DNA of 63,872 nucleotides, filler included, from Choristocarpus tenellus KU-1152 (Eukaryota; Protista; Phaeophyceae), in assembly GCA_964200185.2 (NCBI GenBank). It is 15 parts of 15 records of this genome, joined end to end, with 100 filler letters (N's around TTAATTAATTAA, not from the genome) between each part and the next. Parts side by side here need not be neighbours in the genome. Positions count along the whole stretch, not along the records: positions 10,052 to 14,142 come from CAXNAD020016272.1; positions 14,243 to 17,589 come from CAXNAD020020654.1; positions 17,690 to 21,460 come from CAXNAD020018019.1; positions 21,561 to 25,275 come from CAXNAD020018338.1; 11 more parts are not named here. One strand, given 5' to 3'. Within the stretch, counting starts at the first letter, position 1. The number at the start of each line of letters is the position of its first letter. The notes under the pieces were generated by a model. That model searched no databases. It was not told where the DNA came from and saw only the letters and a list, made by a program, of their open reading frames with translations. Positions 11,022 through 24,800 of this stretch are shown in pieces. The position numbers and the translations under genes are program-made.

Positions 11022-12855
11022 GCTCACTCATCAGCGCAGCTTGTTTTCTTGGCGAATATGAAAACTAGATCCAAACCTAAAACTCCTGGTACACATGACA
11101 ATCATTTTGAATAGTGTATATGAGTGTGCAGATGCTACATGACTCTGTATGGGTTCTTCGTGATAAGCAGTAAGCGAACCTGTTCCTATGAGGTCATTGT
11201 CATACCGTGAGGTTTATATACCGAGCGGGTTGTTTTGGCTTACACAGTATAAGGGTTTTCGATTTGTAAAAGCTTCGTGGCCCCACCAAAATATATGGTG
11301 TGCAGCCAATACTAAAACCTGAAACATTCACTTTATGGCAAACACTCCAAGTCAGCGATCCACTGATAAAAGTTTGGATATCCTCCAGGCCATCAACGTC
11401 TGCCTAGATTAATGAGCACTGAGGCTACAATATTATCCCATCAAGGTAAGCTATGTTGGCGCTGAAACATAGATAGCCCAATCATAACTAACTCCGAAAT
11501 ATGCGCTCCAGGAATTGTTGTTATAGTACGAGTTGTAATATAATTTATTCTCACCACAAATCTTACTTCTATACTACTGCTGCACTGCAGGACATTTAAT
11601 ATTTCTTACAGCTCCACGTATGTGCACTATTATTAACTAGTTACACATGTTGAACACCTCGATAGAATGCGGCATTCAAAAGTACTATTCCACTCCTGTC
11701 AGAGAAGTTTCATAGGCCATATCAATTTCTGCCTAGCGTAGAACTTTGCTCTCCGAACGACAGTGAGCGTTGGAGTCAATGCTGTAAATAGTGCTCTCAT
11801 AATAATAGTACCAACTCCACTTGCAGCTAATCCAGCACTACAAAGTGCCAGGGGCAGACGCTTACCAAGTCCGATAACATTTAGCAGTATCCCCCTGAAG
11901 GGACTGAAACAGATACAGTACAGTGGTTTCTCCCTGCACAAATCTATCTTACCTCGTTTGTCCATTATTCCAGAGTTTGATGATACCGCGGGGTTGAGCA
12001 TATAGTGAGTCAAACCAACAGAGGGGTCGCCAGGGTTGCATTTTAAGGATCCTGAGAAGAGAGGAAAATACCTCATTTTTTACAATTGCAGGGCCTTTCT
12101 TTGCCGAATTATGATGTCACTTTCTGTGCTGAAATAGGGAACATCAATTTCGCTTTCACTATTGTGAACATATGGCAATGAAATAGTAGTGTGTGTCGCA
12201 CAAGGTTAGAAAGATGGCTTAGACCGTTGGTCAGGTTTACTGCTGGTCTGCTGTAAGGCCCTGGTTGATGCCCGGTCTGAGATCCACAGGTCACAGTGGA
12301 TTTTAAAAATTGAGGATGGAGCGGGGCTATGAGGATGGTTGTTCTGGGAAAACGGTCTTGAAAAAGTACCGAAAGTTTTTTTTTCTGCAACTGTTTTTGC
12401 ACTTGGAAGGGCCCGGGATATGTCTGTCCTTTTTTTGGAAATGTTTCGGCACTTTTTAAGGGTCCGGATATGTTCTTGTTCAAATATTACGGTACTTTTT
12501 GTAGAGGGCATCGCTATGATTTGGAAGCGAATGTATGCCACCAAATCAATTCTATTCCGTGAATGACTAATCAAACTAATCTGAAATTACTTCCCAAAGT
12601 CCTTTTCGATCACGTCCTACATCCATCACAACGTATGTAGCATTGAATCACAATTCAAAACAAGAATCTATCACACAAATCCGAACTTTCAGAATATAAT
12701 GCACCACTACAGAATCCCCACAAAGAAATCGCTAACCGCCCCTCCAAGGTAATACCCCGCCTTTAACCCTTCCCATCTTTCCCATAGCTCTTCACTGGAC
12801 CACAGCAGATATAGGAAGTCCTGTCTACTGCCCGGACCGATCCCACAATTATTTA

Positions 12856-13080
12856 TTTAACATGTCCTAGTCCATGTTCACTAGGTATTGAACCGGTCCA
12901 TGTGGACGGGGTTGGGCCAGGTCAGGCATTCTCTGACATGTCCGGACGATGTCCTCAGGTATTGTACCAGTCCATGTCCGCTGCCTGGTCTGTCAAACTA
13001 TTTTCCTTAGTCCGGACCATGGCCACCCATCAGTTCAATTTTTTTCTGGCATGTCCGGATCATATCCACTACATGTTAAA
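12856..13080. mobile_element. Small MITE-like element with TTTAACATGT termini
   Basis: TTTAACATGT ... ACATGTTAAA, with repeated internal TGTCC/GGAC motifs in both orientations. Confidence 0.45.
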
Positions 13081-13095
13081 CAAGTGTGAATGTTA

Positions 13096-13960
13096 GACTT
13101 TGTTTTGCTCATGAATTCTGGATTATAAATTATAGCTTTGTTTACATTCCACCCATTCTACTCCCCCCCCATTATAACACCACTTGTGACCAACCAGTGC
13201 GACCCCTCCGTCACTGACTTCCAGCCACCAGCCTATTCCGTGACCAACCAGTGCGAATCCCCTTCATCACTGATTTCCTGTCACTAACCACATCCGATGA
13301 CCAACCAGTGCGACCCCTTTGCCACTGATTTCCAGTCACCACCACTTCCCACTCCACCACACCATTCAACCCCACAACACTTTCACCCACTTTCCGCTCC
13401 ACCACACCATTCAACACCACTCAACATCACTCAATAATCATCCAAGAATACCCCTTCATCATCTACTTCCATACCGTGCCTTTGAACTTCTCCGGAGTAG
13501 AAGGTATCTTCCCCGCCCAAACTTAACCTTAGACTTCATGGATGAAGTCTATTCTTGTTCACACGTTTTCCCCCTGCCCCGGCTGCACCCGATCCTTCCT
13601 ACTCTCTACCAGACCCTACGAAAAACCCGCACTGGGTCTCTCTGGTTGCCCCCAACCTATACCATGAACGCCTGCGACTTCCACCTCTCCTCTCTCTGTA
13701 TCATTTTCTCCGATGCCCTCATTGTTGCCATTCTCAAAACTCCACCTATCCTGTCCAAGTGTAGGGCGTATTCTTCTGGTCTCCACTTGAGCACCTTGGC
13801 TACTCCTCTCAGGACACCTGTTGCTTGGCCTCTCATGATCACCTTCCACTTCCTACCATCCCTGAGTACCACCGTACTCCATTAGTCTCATCTTGATTTC
13901 GCTTACTATTCCACCATCCAAGGCTGTTTCCCAACCTCTGCATGATTCCTTCTCATGCTT
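13096..13960 (-). mobile_element. DIRS/Ngaro-type tyrosine-recombinase retrotransposon 3' end, decayed
   Basis: ...PEEYALHLDRIGGVLRMATMRASEKMIQREERWKSQAFMV*V: HxxRIGG and GRWxS-like motifs, with the catalytic Tyr codon now TAG. Followed by a non-coding tail with three ~55-bp internal repeats. Confidence 0.82.
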
Positions 13961-14242
13961 CTAGGCATAGGTGAAAGAAATTTGTGTGTGTGTTGATGAA
14001 AGTCAATAAATTGTTTGTGGAAACATTGGAGCCCTAACCCTTAACCCTACCTGTTGTTAGTCCTGCCACTTTCTCTACCAACTCGGTTGCCTGCCCTCCC
14101 CAACCAGTGTCACATACTGTTAAGAATATGCTTTTTATTCATNNNNNNNNNNNNNNNNNNNNNNNNNNNNNNNNNNNNNNNNNNNNTTAATTAATTAANN
14201 NNNNNNNNNNNNNNNNNNNNNNNNNNNNNNNNNNNNNNNNNN

Positions 14243-14259
14243 CCCCCCCAGATACTTTG
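14243..14259. mobile_element. MITE right terminus at contig start
   Basis: CCCCCCCAGATACTTTG|AGC. Confidence 0.7.
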
Positions 14260-17200
14260 AGCCCTTGCTAGTGGGACTATGAGTCCGGGTAATCATCATC
14301 TGACTCAGTGCAAAATGAGTGACTATGATAGTGATGCTAAGACCTCTGTGATATTTATATAGTCAAGTATATTTCGAAGTATGTATTCAAAGTGCCAGTT
14401 ACCCAATACCCTTACCAACGGTTCCTTTGCAACAAGCCTTGCATCACATGAGCTTTCAACAGTCTTGGCCCCCATGCTCCCGTATGCATGTTCAACACCC
14501 CTCTAGCGTCCATTTCTAGTCCCGTAGATAAAGACTATGCCCATCGAAGCTCTAGCCACAAATGATTTTCGAAAAGTTGGGAGGTCCAACGAATTGAAGC
14601 CCTTACCCCCATGCCCCAATATACACTACCCTGGCATTGTTCACATCAAGACGACCAGGGAAAAGGTTGCAAAATTCTCTAAGAGGGAGCGTTGTTGGGA
14701 CATATCCCTACAAATTCCATGTTGTCGCAGTTGGAGGAGGACATGATTTCATTGGGAAAAATTAAATGCAAGTAAAGTGTCAAACAGTGCCAGACTGCCA
14801 ACGATTATTGTTGGTTCTCACAAGTGAATACAAACCAAGTAAAACATTCCTGGCGAATATCTATTTGACATACAAACAAATCCAATAGTCTTAAACGCCT
14901 TGATAGTAGTGAGTATCATCTGTAAGGTGTTAGAAGCTAGGACTTCAGCAACTTTGAAAGATTACACAGGCTGTAGTCAAGATATTTAGGACTAGAAAAT
15001 AGCTACTACTAACCCAACCAGCCAGCCATGCAGTATTTTTGGGGCTAACTCGAGCTTCATGTCTAGAAAGAATGCACATATCCCGCACACATCATTCCAG
15101 TCCACCACAAAAGGTGATCACTAGAGAGATGTACATGACTCCACTTCAATTTTCAATTAGAAACTTCAAAATAAAACAAGAACCATATCCAGAGCGTTTT
15201 TGAGATGATTCCAAACTCAGTCTTTCAAAAGTCAAATATAAGAAAGTTGGACATTTGGAGTCATATTTGTCTTGTATCTTCCTGCGATAACATTATGGTG
15301 AACAGACTGATGTCATTTTCGTCCTTCAAACTATTTGAAACAATCTAGATATTATGGTTAGCCTAGTTATATGTGGGTTCTTCGTTTCCAAGCATTTACA
15401 AAATCTGATACCTTTCCAAAGAACAAAGTCAGAGATAAATCTGAAGTAGATAATTTGATTGAGTGAAGAATGTTACATTTGCCAAGTATTGCAGATGTGG
15501 TAGCTATAATTGTATGAGTATATATGGAAGGAGTGACAAGAAGTTTGTGGTTACATTATTGTTGACATGGTGTTTATGTGAGATGTTTCCATCTGTAAGT
15601 GTATGCTTTGACAGTAGCGTTCAGAAGTGAGTAAAATCTGGGAGGGGCGTTTGATTACATCACTGTCAAGCATAACTGATACAGATGAGTGTTCAACCTC
15701 AACAAGGAAGATGGCTTTTACATCATATTGTATGGCTCAACCAAGCCCACGGGTGAGAGAGTCCAATAAGGACTTTTTTTGGTGTTACCACGCATCCGCT
15801 CAAGGTCGTCATGATAATACACCCAAATAGACGAAATGAAAACAACCTAGAAATGAGTGTAATATAGTGTAATAGAAGCCCACAGAGAAGTGGACTTTTC
15901 ATCTCCAAGGAGGCACAAGATCAGATACCACGAGCACAAAGTCAGATATCAATATCAATGCATAGATATGAGGTGCTGGAACAAGGTTAGTTGGAGTTGA
16001 AGGATTGGAGTTGTAGTTTATTTTAAATCAGATTCTGATGGTGAATTGTGTCAAGTATTGGGATACTGCTATACCATCAGGGCAGAAAGTCGTGGGACTA
16101 TAGAAACTTATATCTCGCCCTGATGGAACAGTGATATCTGAATGTGTGGCATTACACATTAGCTAATGAACGTACTTTATGTTGCAGCTTCATGGTGAAA
16201 TGACCGATTGGATTCTTGAGTTTACAGGGTGGAACGTTTTGGAAGTAAGCAGGTTGAAGTTGCGGATGGATCATTCGTTCGATTGAACATACCAAGGCGT
16301 GTTGTACTGTGGAAGTTACGGATGTAGCAAAATTATGTCGTATCACATAGATCGGAAATATCCCAAAGCATTATTTATACTATGATGATAGATACTCTGG
16401 TTGACGTCCTTTTTACGATATTTCCATACTCCTTTGGAGTGTGTAGTATAATGTGTATATTGTTTGTTGTGTACATAGTAAACATGGAGGGTAATTTACC
16501 AACAAGATTGTCCAATATGGACCAAAGCTACAACTTTCGCACAACACACAGAGAGCTCATACGGCAAGCACCACCAGAGCGCTAACTTAGTAACTACTAC
16601 GGTACAGAGTGACTCTGGTGCGTGCGGTTTCAGAGAAAAAAACTTCATCTCTTTTTCTCAAGAACAAGAAAAATATTCCACGAATTATACATATTTTTGG
16701 GATTTTAGATTTGGTGTCTTCTTTCCAAAACTGGTCAACCTGTCTCAAAACGGAGATATGTGATGCAGCATGTCTTACATTCAGTGATGTACGAAATTAT
16801 CCCTTCAACATCTATACAGCAAGGCTGAGGGAGAGGAGAACCTCATTCCTCCCCCCAGGACTGAGAATAGTATCCCTCAAATGTGGAAGACTGAAGCGGA
16901 TATGTACAAGAGAATAATGAGAGTAGGAAGAGGATGCGGACGAAGAGGTGGATGGAGACATGGGGGTCTATGTAGGGATTTAAAGACATAAGTCTGTGTA
17001 AACATCACGCACTTTAATGCTTCAATTCCCCAGTGGCCTAAACACCAGTTGGACAACAAGGCATGGAAGGCTACGCCTACACAGCAACTTGCAGGGATAC
17101 ATATCACTTGCTGTCTGCCATAGGCAGAATCAACCTAATTTCTCCGGTCTCTCTGCTTTCCATACCCTTCATCGGTTTGGGCACTATAATGGCGAACGTC

Positions 17201-17563
17201 TGGGTCATATGGCCATGGGCTGGACCATTACCCAACTAGTAGAAAAACATATATAATATTCCTGGTCTAACCATATACAATATATTGTGTCATCAATACC
17301 AGATACAAACCATTGCTTGCGAGTTATGAATCGATTATGATTATAGCCATCGACTCCACCCAATTCCAAGCCATTTATGATTATCATAACTTGGAGCACT
17401 CATCTATCTGATGATTATCTCCTGCATGAAAAACATCAGACTTCTTGTTTTCTACAACCCTACTTATCTGATCATATGTTTGTGTGTACGCCATTTAAAA
17501 TTAATGTTGTGGCACTCATTGTGAACGCGACAAAGTATCAAGTATTAAGGGGAAGTAAAGGGA

Positions 17564-17589
17564 CAAAGTATCTTGGGGGGGGGTGTCGG
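17564..17589. mobile_element. MITE left terminus at contig end
   Basis: CAAAGTATCTT + G-run. Confidence 0.7.
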
Positions 17590-17689
17590 NNNNNNNNNNN
17601 NNNNNNNNNNNNNNNNNNNNNNNNNNNNNNNNNTTAATTAATTAANNNNNNNNNNNNNNNNNNNNNNNNNNNNNNNNNNNNNNNNNNNN

Positions 17690-17787
17690 CATTATCCATC
17701 CGACGTATGCAACCAAATCGCCCAAAAATCGCAATATGATAAAATTGACCCCAAATGGACAGCCACCACTCCCCCCCAGATACTTTG
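17690..17787. mobile_element. MITE family A, right half
   Basis: Matches 2020-2117 and 33255-33352; ends CCCAGATACTTTG|AGC. Confidence 0.85.
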
Positions 17788-17941
17788 AGCTACTAAGAAA
17801 TGTCACAATAGCGACTTTTTGCCCTTTCTTGGGATCCTCTTAATGCAACACTGCCTGCTTCTCAATCGGTTTGGCCCATTGGAACAAAATACTTCAACAA
17901 AATACAGTGATTAAGTGCTACTTCAGAGCATAAACCACCAC

Positions 17942-20877
17942 CTGCTGCACTAGCAAAACCCCCTCCAGCCTGTCAATGATATCCCCTAGCGACCGCGCCT
18001 CATCCCTCGCAACCCTTGTATCACGCCGGCACCTCTCCTCTATCAATTCGTGCTCCTCTTGAAGTCTCAAGATGCGCCTCTTTAGAGTCTCTGCTGTCAT
18101 CTCTGCCACCTTTTCAGTCCACATGTTGTAAGTGTTACATTGAGATCAGAGATCAGTACCCCGACCGGCCACAAAAACATGAGGAGAAAAGGAGCTCAAG
18201 GCAAGTATATTGAAGTACTAAAATGAAACGTAAAATCTCAGTTTCTAAAAAACTTGTCAGAATCCCGCAAACTGCCCCTGCTGGGCTATTTACAACGTGA
18301 TTGCAGACTGACATGATCAAGCCCTGTCAACTACCCTCTGCAAGACAATGTCTGCCCAAACCGCGAAAACAAACATCGAACAATTCTCAATGCAACATTA
18401 ACTGGGAATTGAGGCACACACAGGACTCAGTGTATAGGAAATACTGAGAAATAAGGTTTACTTCTCTGAATCACATGCTTCGATCTGTGTGAAGAACCTA
18501 TGCAACGATGGATGCAACCAGAGCATTACATGCCCTGTCTATGGACAGCATACAACTCCAAATTGCAGCATGAAAAGAAAGGAGCATTAGGACAACAACA
18601 AACACACGAAAAATCTTTGTGGTATACTACTGTTTGATGAAGGATTTCAGATAATACAAAAGTAGACCCTACACTTTTGTTTAAGAGCACCATGGGCTAC
18701 AAACAAGGGAAATACCTCACTTTCTCACACTGCATCTGAAAGATAGAACCAAGAAACCCCCAACATCCAACTTCATACAGCAGGCGTTTTCAAACGATTT
18801 GAAGTACTATGTACTGCTACTACTATGAAACCAGATTATTGAATTACATTGCTTGCACCGATACATTCTGCTGGAACTAGAGAGGAAATTGAGCAAAATA
18901 CATAGGCGAGCAGTAATAATGATTTGTGCCATCCAAAGCACAATAGAACACTCATTCCTGAATGATATAGCTTCACAGGCCTCAGCAACTGGAAAGAGAA
19001 AAAATGTAAGTACAATATATATATTCAAAGAAAAATATGTATATACACTAGAGCATATGCTACTACATTTTGTATGCATACCATCATTACCATCACTGTT
19101 CTCTGTTGAGCAGACATTGAGCGTAAAACCATCTGCTGGTACTTGAGCTTACCCTTCGATACCGCCTCTCTTCTTCCAGCTCTTCCCTCACACCAGATAC
19201 TTCCTCCTGGTGCCTAGGTATCACTTCCACATTGTGAACAATATTGTTGATCTCATTTCCATCTCCACCTTTTTCGGCTTCCCTAGTCTCTTCATCGTTG
19301 TCATGACTGGTTTTCCCACCACTCACATAAACTCCACCAGCCTTACAGTCCATCTCCTCACACAGTCCGCCACTATCAGACACCATATGGGTAGTGGGGC
19401 TATCCCTGTCTAATACAATCGATCCTTCAAACTCATGAACCTCGTCAACTTGTGAACCTTGTAGGGCCTGTTTGCCTCCAACATCATGTCCGTGTTCCCC
19501 AAACACATGGCATCCAACCTCAGTGAGACTTCGTTTTAATGCGTGTCCTGTAGAAGTACCCTCTTGCCAAGGGAGACCACTGGATCTTTGTCCATTTGTT
19601 GCCTCGTTCAATTCAAGCTTATCAGCAAGAATGCCCCCATCAGAACTCTGTGTTTCTTCTGTTGGATGCAGCGGATTAACACTTGTACCCTGACCCTGTT
19701 TATCCTTGCCAACTGTCAACCCTGTGCACCCCACCACTAGGAGAGGCACGATATCATCCTGACCATTGGGTCCAAAGCATACCTCACCTCTAGATACATC
19801 CCCAGTCACAACCCCCACCCTCGGTACTGCTGGATCGTTAGTCTGTCGACTATAACTATTGGCTGAGTTCTTCCCATTTTCTTCTTGGCCTAGGGGTAGT
19901 ACCCCGTCTAGATGAGTGCCCGTAGGAGTCGAAAGTTGGAAATATTTGACGGTGGGTTCATTGATGCTAGGTTCGACCTTGTTGTTCCTATCATGCCTGC
20001 CAAAAGCGGGGTGAAAGGGTTTGGTAGCATCCCCCCTCCTCGAGTCTTCCGGAGAGGAAGGGGGGGGCTTCGCAAGACGGGAGAGTGGGAGCTCCTGCCG
20101 ATGGCTATGGATATTTTCCTGCTCAAGATGGGTCTGAATCTTGAGTTCTCGGGCGGTGTTCTGGGTTGCCTCCAGCCTGAGGCGATTGAGGATTTGCAGG
20201 GTGACGAGAAGGTACGTTAGCAGGTCTCGTCGTGAGCGCAAAATGATACCATAAACTCAGATGGATGGCAACAATTTCAGAGCTATCAAATTTAACCTCT
20301 TCTTGGCGAGTACAGCATTTTCCTTCAGTTTTAAGGGGCACTATAGTCCACGAACTGGATACAGACAGGGATACACAGCACAGCCCATACACCATCACGA
20401 GATAAAGATACTCTTGAAGAAAGATCAGGATTTTCAAAGGTCACCACAATTCCGGTCTAATCACCTGCACGTGAATCACCTGTAATTGTCCTCGAAAGTT
20501 CGTGCCGCCTCCTGCGCTCCTCGTAACAGCCTGCACAATATTGCTGCCCTATGTGTAGCATCTTTCATCAAGGTAGTCATCAACTCGATTTGCGCTGCTG
20601 CATCCACTATCCATTTTGCATCTTCTCGCTTATTTTTTGCCCGTAGGCAAACATTTGTTGCGGCACCTCCTTCGAATTTTTTGCAGCGCAGGCATCGGGC
20701 TAACCCTGTCGCAGTTTTCAGGGACAACCCCAGTATCCTTTGGAGGGCTTCTGGGGTAGCAGTCACGTCGTCAAACGATGATTGTCTCGTCGGGTGAACA
20801 AAAGGAGCACGAGTAACCGTCCCTTTACATGCTATCCATGGGTTTGGTGCAGGGGTCGAGACACTCCTTTTTGACAT
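17942..20877 (-). CDS. Uncharacterised protein with a disordered middle and coiled-coil C-terminal part (partial, 3-4 exons)
   Basis: Exons 20877-20480, 20176-19153, probable micro-exon 18735-18721, and 18109-17942. GT-AG sites and phases are consistent, with a GCTAAC branch site before exon 2. About 530 aa open, with a heptad-like EELEEERRYRR...LRLQEEHELIEE region. Confidence 0.7.
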
Positions 20878-21310
20878 TTAGATACGTATTGCGAGGGTGC
20901 AGACCAATTGATTTAAGAGTTGGTTCTGTTCAATTATAAATCCATCGTTATCATTATGAACTTTTGAAAGTGGAGAATATCGTAGAGATTGCTTTGTGGT
21001 AGGGGGTGTACAATTGATTTTTTTTTAAATAACAATGAATTGATGATTTTGAGAATAAATCGGAGATTCCTCCCAACCACATACTTAGAAATGGGATCTT
21101 TCCTTCCTCCTCACTCACTCGTGTAGGGCTAAGGTGTAGGTTAGAGACATACCACCAGTGTGTAGACAAAAGATTGCAATTACCAACCTTCAAGGGAGTT
21201 GTAAATCTTAGTATAGATAGGATTAAAATAGTAAGCAGTCTGTGGAGTTATCTATCTTGTACACTTGGGACAACTCTTTTACACGGCTACTTATTATGTT
21301 GGTTTGACTT

Positions 21311-21360
21311 TTCGTGACACATCTACAAAATGTCAGAGGGCATAATAAAAAAATAAAAAT
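21311..21360 (+). mobile_element. Retroposon 3' end family G with A/TAA-rich tail
   Basis: TGACAC.TCTACAAAATGTCAGAGGGCAT followed by an AATAA-rich tail; further copies at 33541-33583 and 34081-34130. Confidence 0.55.
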
Positions 21361-21366
21361 ACTTCC

Positions 21367-21373
<7 letters not shown>

Positions 21374-21399
<26 letters not shown>

Positions 21400-21460
21400 A
21401 ATCGTGTGATTCTGTAGCGGCGTGGTTCACTCAGGCAAGGGTGGCGAAGAGAATCACCGG
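21374..21460 (-). mobile_element. Non-LTR retroposon 3' end with (CA)n tail
   Basis: Reverse-complement homolog of 1856-1916, followed by about 13 CA units. Confidence 0.6.
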
Positions 21461-21876
21461 NNNNNNNNNNNNNNNNNNNNNNNNNNNNNNNNNNNNNNNN
21501 NNNNTTAATTAATTAANNNNNNNNNNNNNNNNNNNNNNNNNNNNNNNNNNNNNNNNNNNNACATCAATTCTGTACCGCTTTTTTTTTTTTTGCCCATGGG
21601 TGAACAAAATCGGGGTACCTACTGTATCTCAAAATACACCATGACATATACCAGTAGTCGCAAGGAAATAATTGACCGAGAAACAAATTGTAATCGTCTA
21701 TAGTATATCAAGACAACCTAAGGTTAACTGCCTCAACGTCCGACCCCAAGTAGGTAGGACAGGATGTCCACGGGAAGCATGATGATATACTGGATGGATG
21801 AAGGGAGGGGGTGACTCACAACTACGAATTAGAAAAGATTGTAGTGTGTCCGACACGCTACAATCTCCCTTCCATA

Positions 21877-24800
21877 TTACAGTAATGTGGGACTGGTCCA
21901 GAACCAGGGTCTCGGCTCCGCGTTAGGGTACATACTGTATTGTTGTTCCAGAAGCTGGATATTTCTCACCTCGCCATTTTCCCATTTCACCCCATAGGGG
22001 TAGCTGACTCGCTCCTCTCCCACTGGGTCCGTGTGTCGGGGCTGGTATTTGGTGACAGTCCCTCGCATCCACTGATCGTCCATTTGAAAGTATAGTCCCC
22101 TGCCCTTGGCTCTTGAATAAAGTGTCCCTTCCCCGTCCAAATCTGGCGCAACCCTCAATGATGGTTCGAGCAGGATGTATGTCTCGGTATCTTTCTCCTC
22201 CTCTCTACGGTTCGCCTGTAGAGCCATCAACGCCCTGCGTTGGTTGGCACGCTGGGCTGCAGTCTTATCGCGATCCTTTTTCTCCTTCTCCCGTAGTTGT
22301 TCGACCCCCTCCTTGATCTCGTCCTCGGTCATCAATGACCTCAGCCAGGTGTCAAGGAGGTCTCACCATGCTCACCTTAGTAACGCACAGGGTAAACACA
22401 TGCCCCGGAATCGTCTCTGTCAACGTCGCGGACTTGCCCCCGGACGATAGCATCACTCACACATAGCACGAAAGTGGTGCCTCGGTCGAACTTGGCATTG
22501 GATGTGTCTCCACGTCTTCGTTTTCTTGAGAAGCGAAAAGGGGTCCCATTGAGGGATTGCCGATTGGATTCCGCAGCGAATCTCTGGTATTGACCAGGGA
22601 GGATGGTGTAGGTATCGTCGAGGTTGTTACGACCAAGGTGTGTGAAGTCAGAGCCGAGGATAGTCTGAAGGGGGACGACACAGGGACCCGGTTGAGTGGC
22701 CTGCAGAGCAACCACGTGTTTTTGTGTTGATTGGGTTGGGGTGACGGGTTAGACCCTGAAGACCATCGTGTGTGTGAGACAACAGTGTTGATAGTGGATA
22801 GGTGTTGTTTGGCGGGTTGTTTCGTGTCCATGATATGAAGAAAAACGAATATAAACAACGTACAAACTTGAAGGGAAAACATTCTATACAAATTCCATTT
22901 AGAACATTTTATTACAAAATTCTCTCTGTGACTGTTTAATATTCGTACACTTTTTCGTTCGTGTATTTACAACAGAATAGGATTTAGTAAAATTTAGAGT
23001 ACCTCAAGCAATCCGCACGTGAGAGGCGAACTGTGGGCACTCCATCGACAAAACTGGCAGTCAATATCTGGAAGTCTTCCCTCACAAACACCACCTCATC
23101 CCCAATACTGAACATCCCTCTGTAGCGGGAATGGCCCCTGGCGTTCCATTTCACGGTCTCTTTCTCGTGTATAGTGAACGGCAGGAACTCCAACCCGTTG
23201 TATTCCGATGACTCCGTTCGCACAATGCATACATTCCCCACTGCGACCTGCCTCTTCTTCCTAGAACAGATGACTCCTAAGGTACATGTCACCCACGTTG
23301 TCCTCGGGAAAAATTCCGAGGAAGATCTCCTTCAAAATAAGCACGTGAGTGCCCTGCCACTTGCAGCTCGCGACATCGCCAATGGAACAGCTGGTGCAGT
23401 TGCACGACATCTCGGAGTAGATGACGTTGGAGGAGTTACCGTTGGCACGTGGACTGGTGAAGAACCTGTGCATGGACTTGATGCCACTGAACTGGGGGAC
23501 GCGGTGATCGTGTCGTCCTTCCGATTGATCTTGTAAGCCAGGAGGTGAACGATCTCTTGCCTTCTGATGGTATAGTTCTAGACAAATTTAGCGAATATCT
23601 TGCTATGTACTCTGCCGACGCTGTCCACCCAGTCCTTAAGGGGTATGGTGTTGTCGTGTGGCGGAAAGTTAGATGTATATTCTCCTTATTGTGTAGAGTA
23701 TGGGGACGTCAATGCTGCGAATGATCGAGTGCTAGAGAAAACAATGTTGAATATAGTGTAAAATGGTTCATTGTTAATGGTAATATACTGATGTGTAGAC
23801 GGTGATTGAAACTCCGTGAATGGTATATCTTGTTTCGTATGCTTCCAACGTTAGAGGCAGGAACACACACAGGGTTGGATGTTGGAACGAAGGTGCTGAG
23901 ACTCCTCATGTGCTGGTTGGTGGAGAAGTGCTTATCAGTCAATTTGTCATTGGCGTTTTTCCTGTTTGTGAATGTGAGGTGTAACCGTTAATTACTACTA
24001 TTCGAGTTTTTTGCGTCTCAGGAGAGTAGGGATGTACCAAGAAATGTCGATATTAGTTGAAGATTATACGTATATGTGGAAAAAAAGGAGGATGCCGAGT
24101 GTATGGATGGGGGGTGCCGACCTTGGTCACGACAGTCTGTCCTGAAGGAACCTTGCGGTCTCTACAGAGGCGCCCCTCTTCCTCTGGCTTTGGATCCCTC
24201 AGCGTATACTGTGTCTTGGTGGCCTTCATTGTCTCCACGAAGGACAAGGTTCCCAGCATCCGTACCCCGCTCAGCTCCAGCCTCCTGGCGGCTGACTTTA
24301 CCACAGCTCCAACTCCATCTGACATGGATTTACGGTGGTACGAGGAGAAGAAGTTGTGCACTACTGTGATCCCCATCCTCGCAATCGCGTGGGAAGCTCA
24401 CCACATCTGCCGCCGGCTCTTAAACTGACTTCTGCAGCCATCAGACCAGGTATGGAGGATATACAGGGTCTGGGCATATTCCCGGGCCAAAGGTATTAGA
24501 TGGTTGCTCAGGAACTTTCCTCAGCGTTCTGGACAACTCATTATCCTGACTTCTGTCTTCGCTATAAAATTATAGTGCTGTGAACCCAGATCCTTTCCTT
24601 CCCCAGATTTCACCCTTCCCTAGTGTCCCTCAACCACCAAACAATGGTCAGGAGCGTTGTCCATAATAGATTGGAAAATTCTTGTTGTGTCAAGTCCTGG
24701 TGGTTGTGTGGAAGTTGGGAACTGAAGTCAATGGATATGGCAGTGTGGCCTTTCGGGAGGCGGGATTTGCAACGCTTATACTGTCGCGCCTGCCAGATGG

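Noticed and set aside
11030-12076. Minus-strand coding-like region between the DIRS ends
   Set aside because: Fragmented and without diagnostic motifs.
14263-17560. Short ORFs in contig 4
   Set aside because: No consistent exon chain or recognisable family; probably old TE debris.
21610-21626. CGGGGTA..TACTGTA ends here and at 54268-54284 (Tc1/pogo-type MITE ends)
   Set aside because: Only short single ends at contig starts, too little to define an element.
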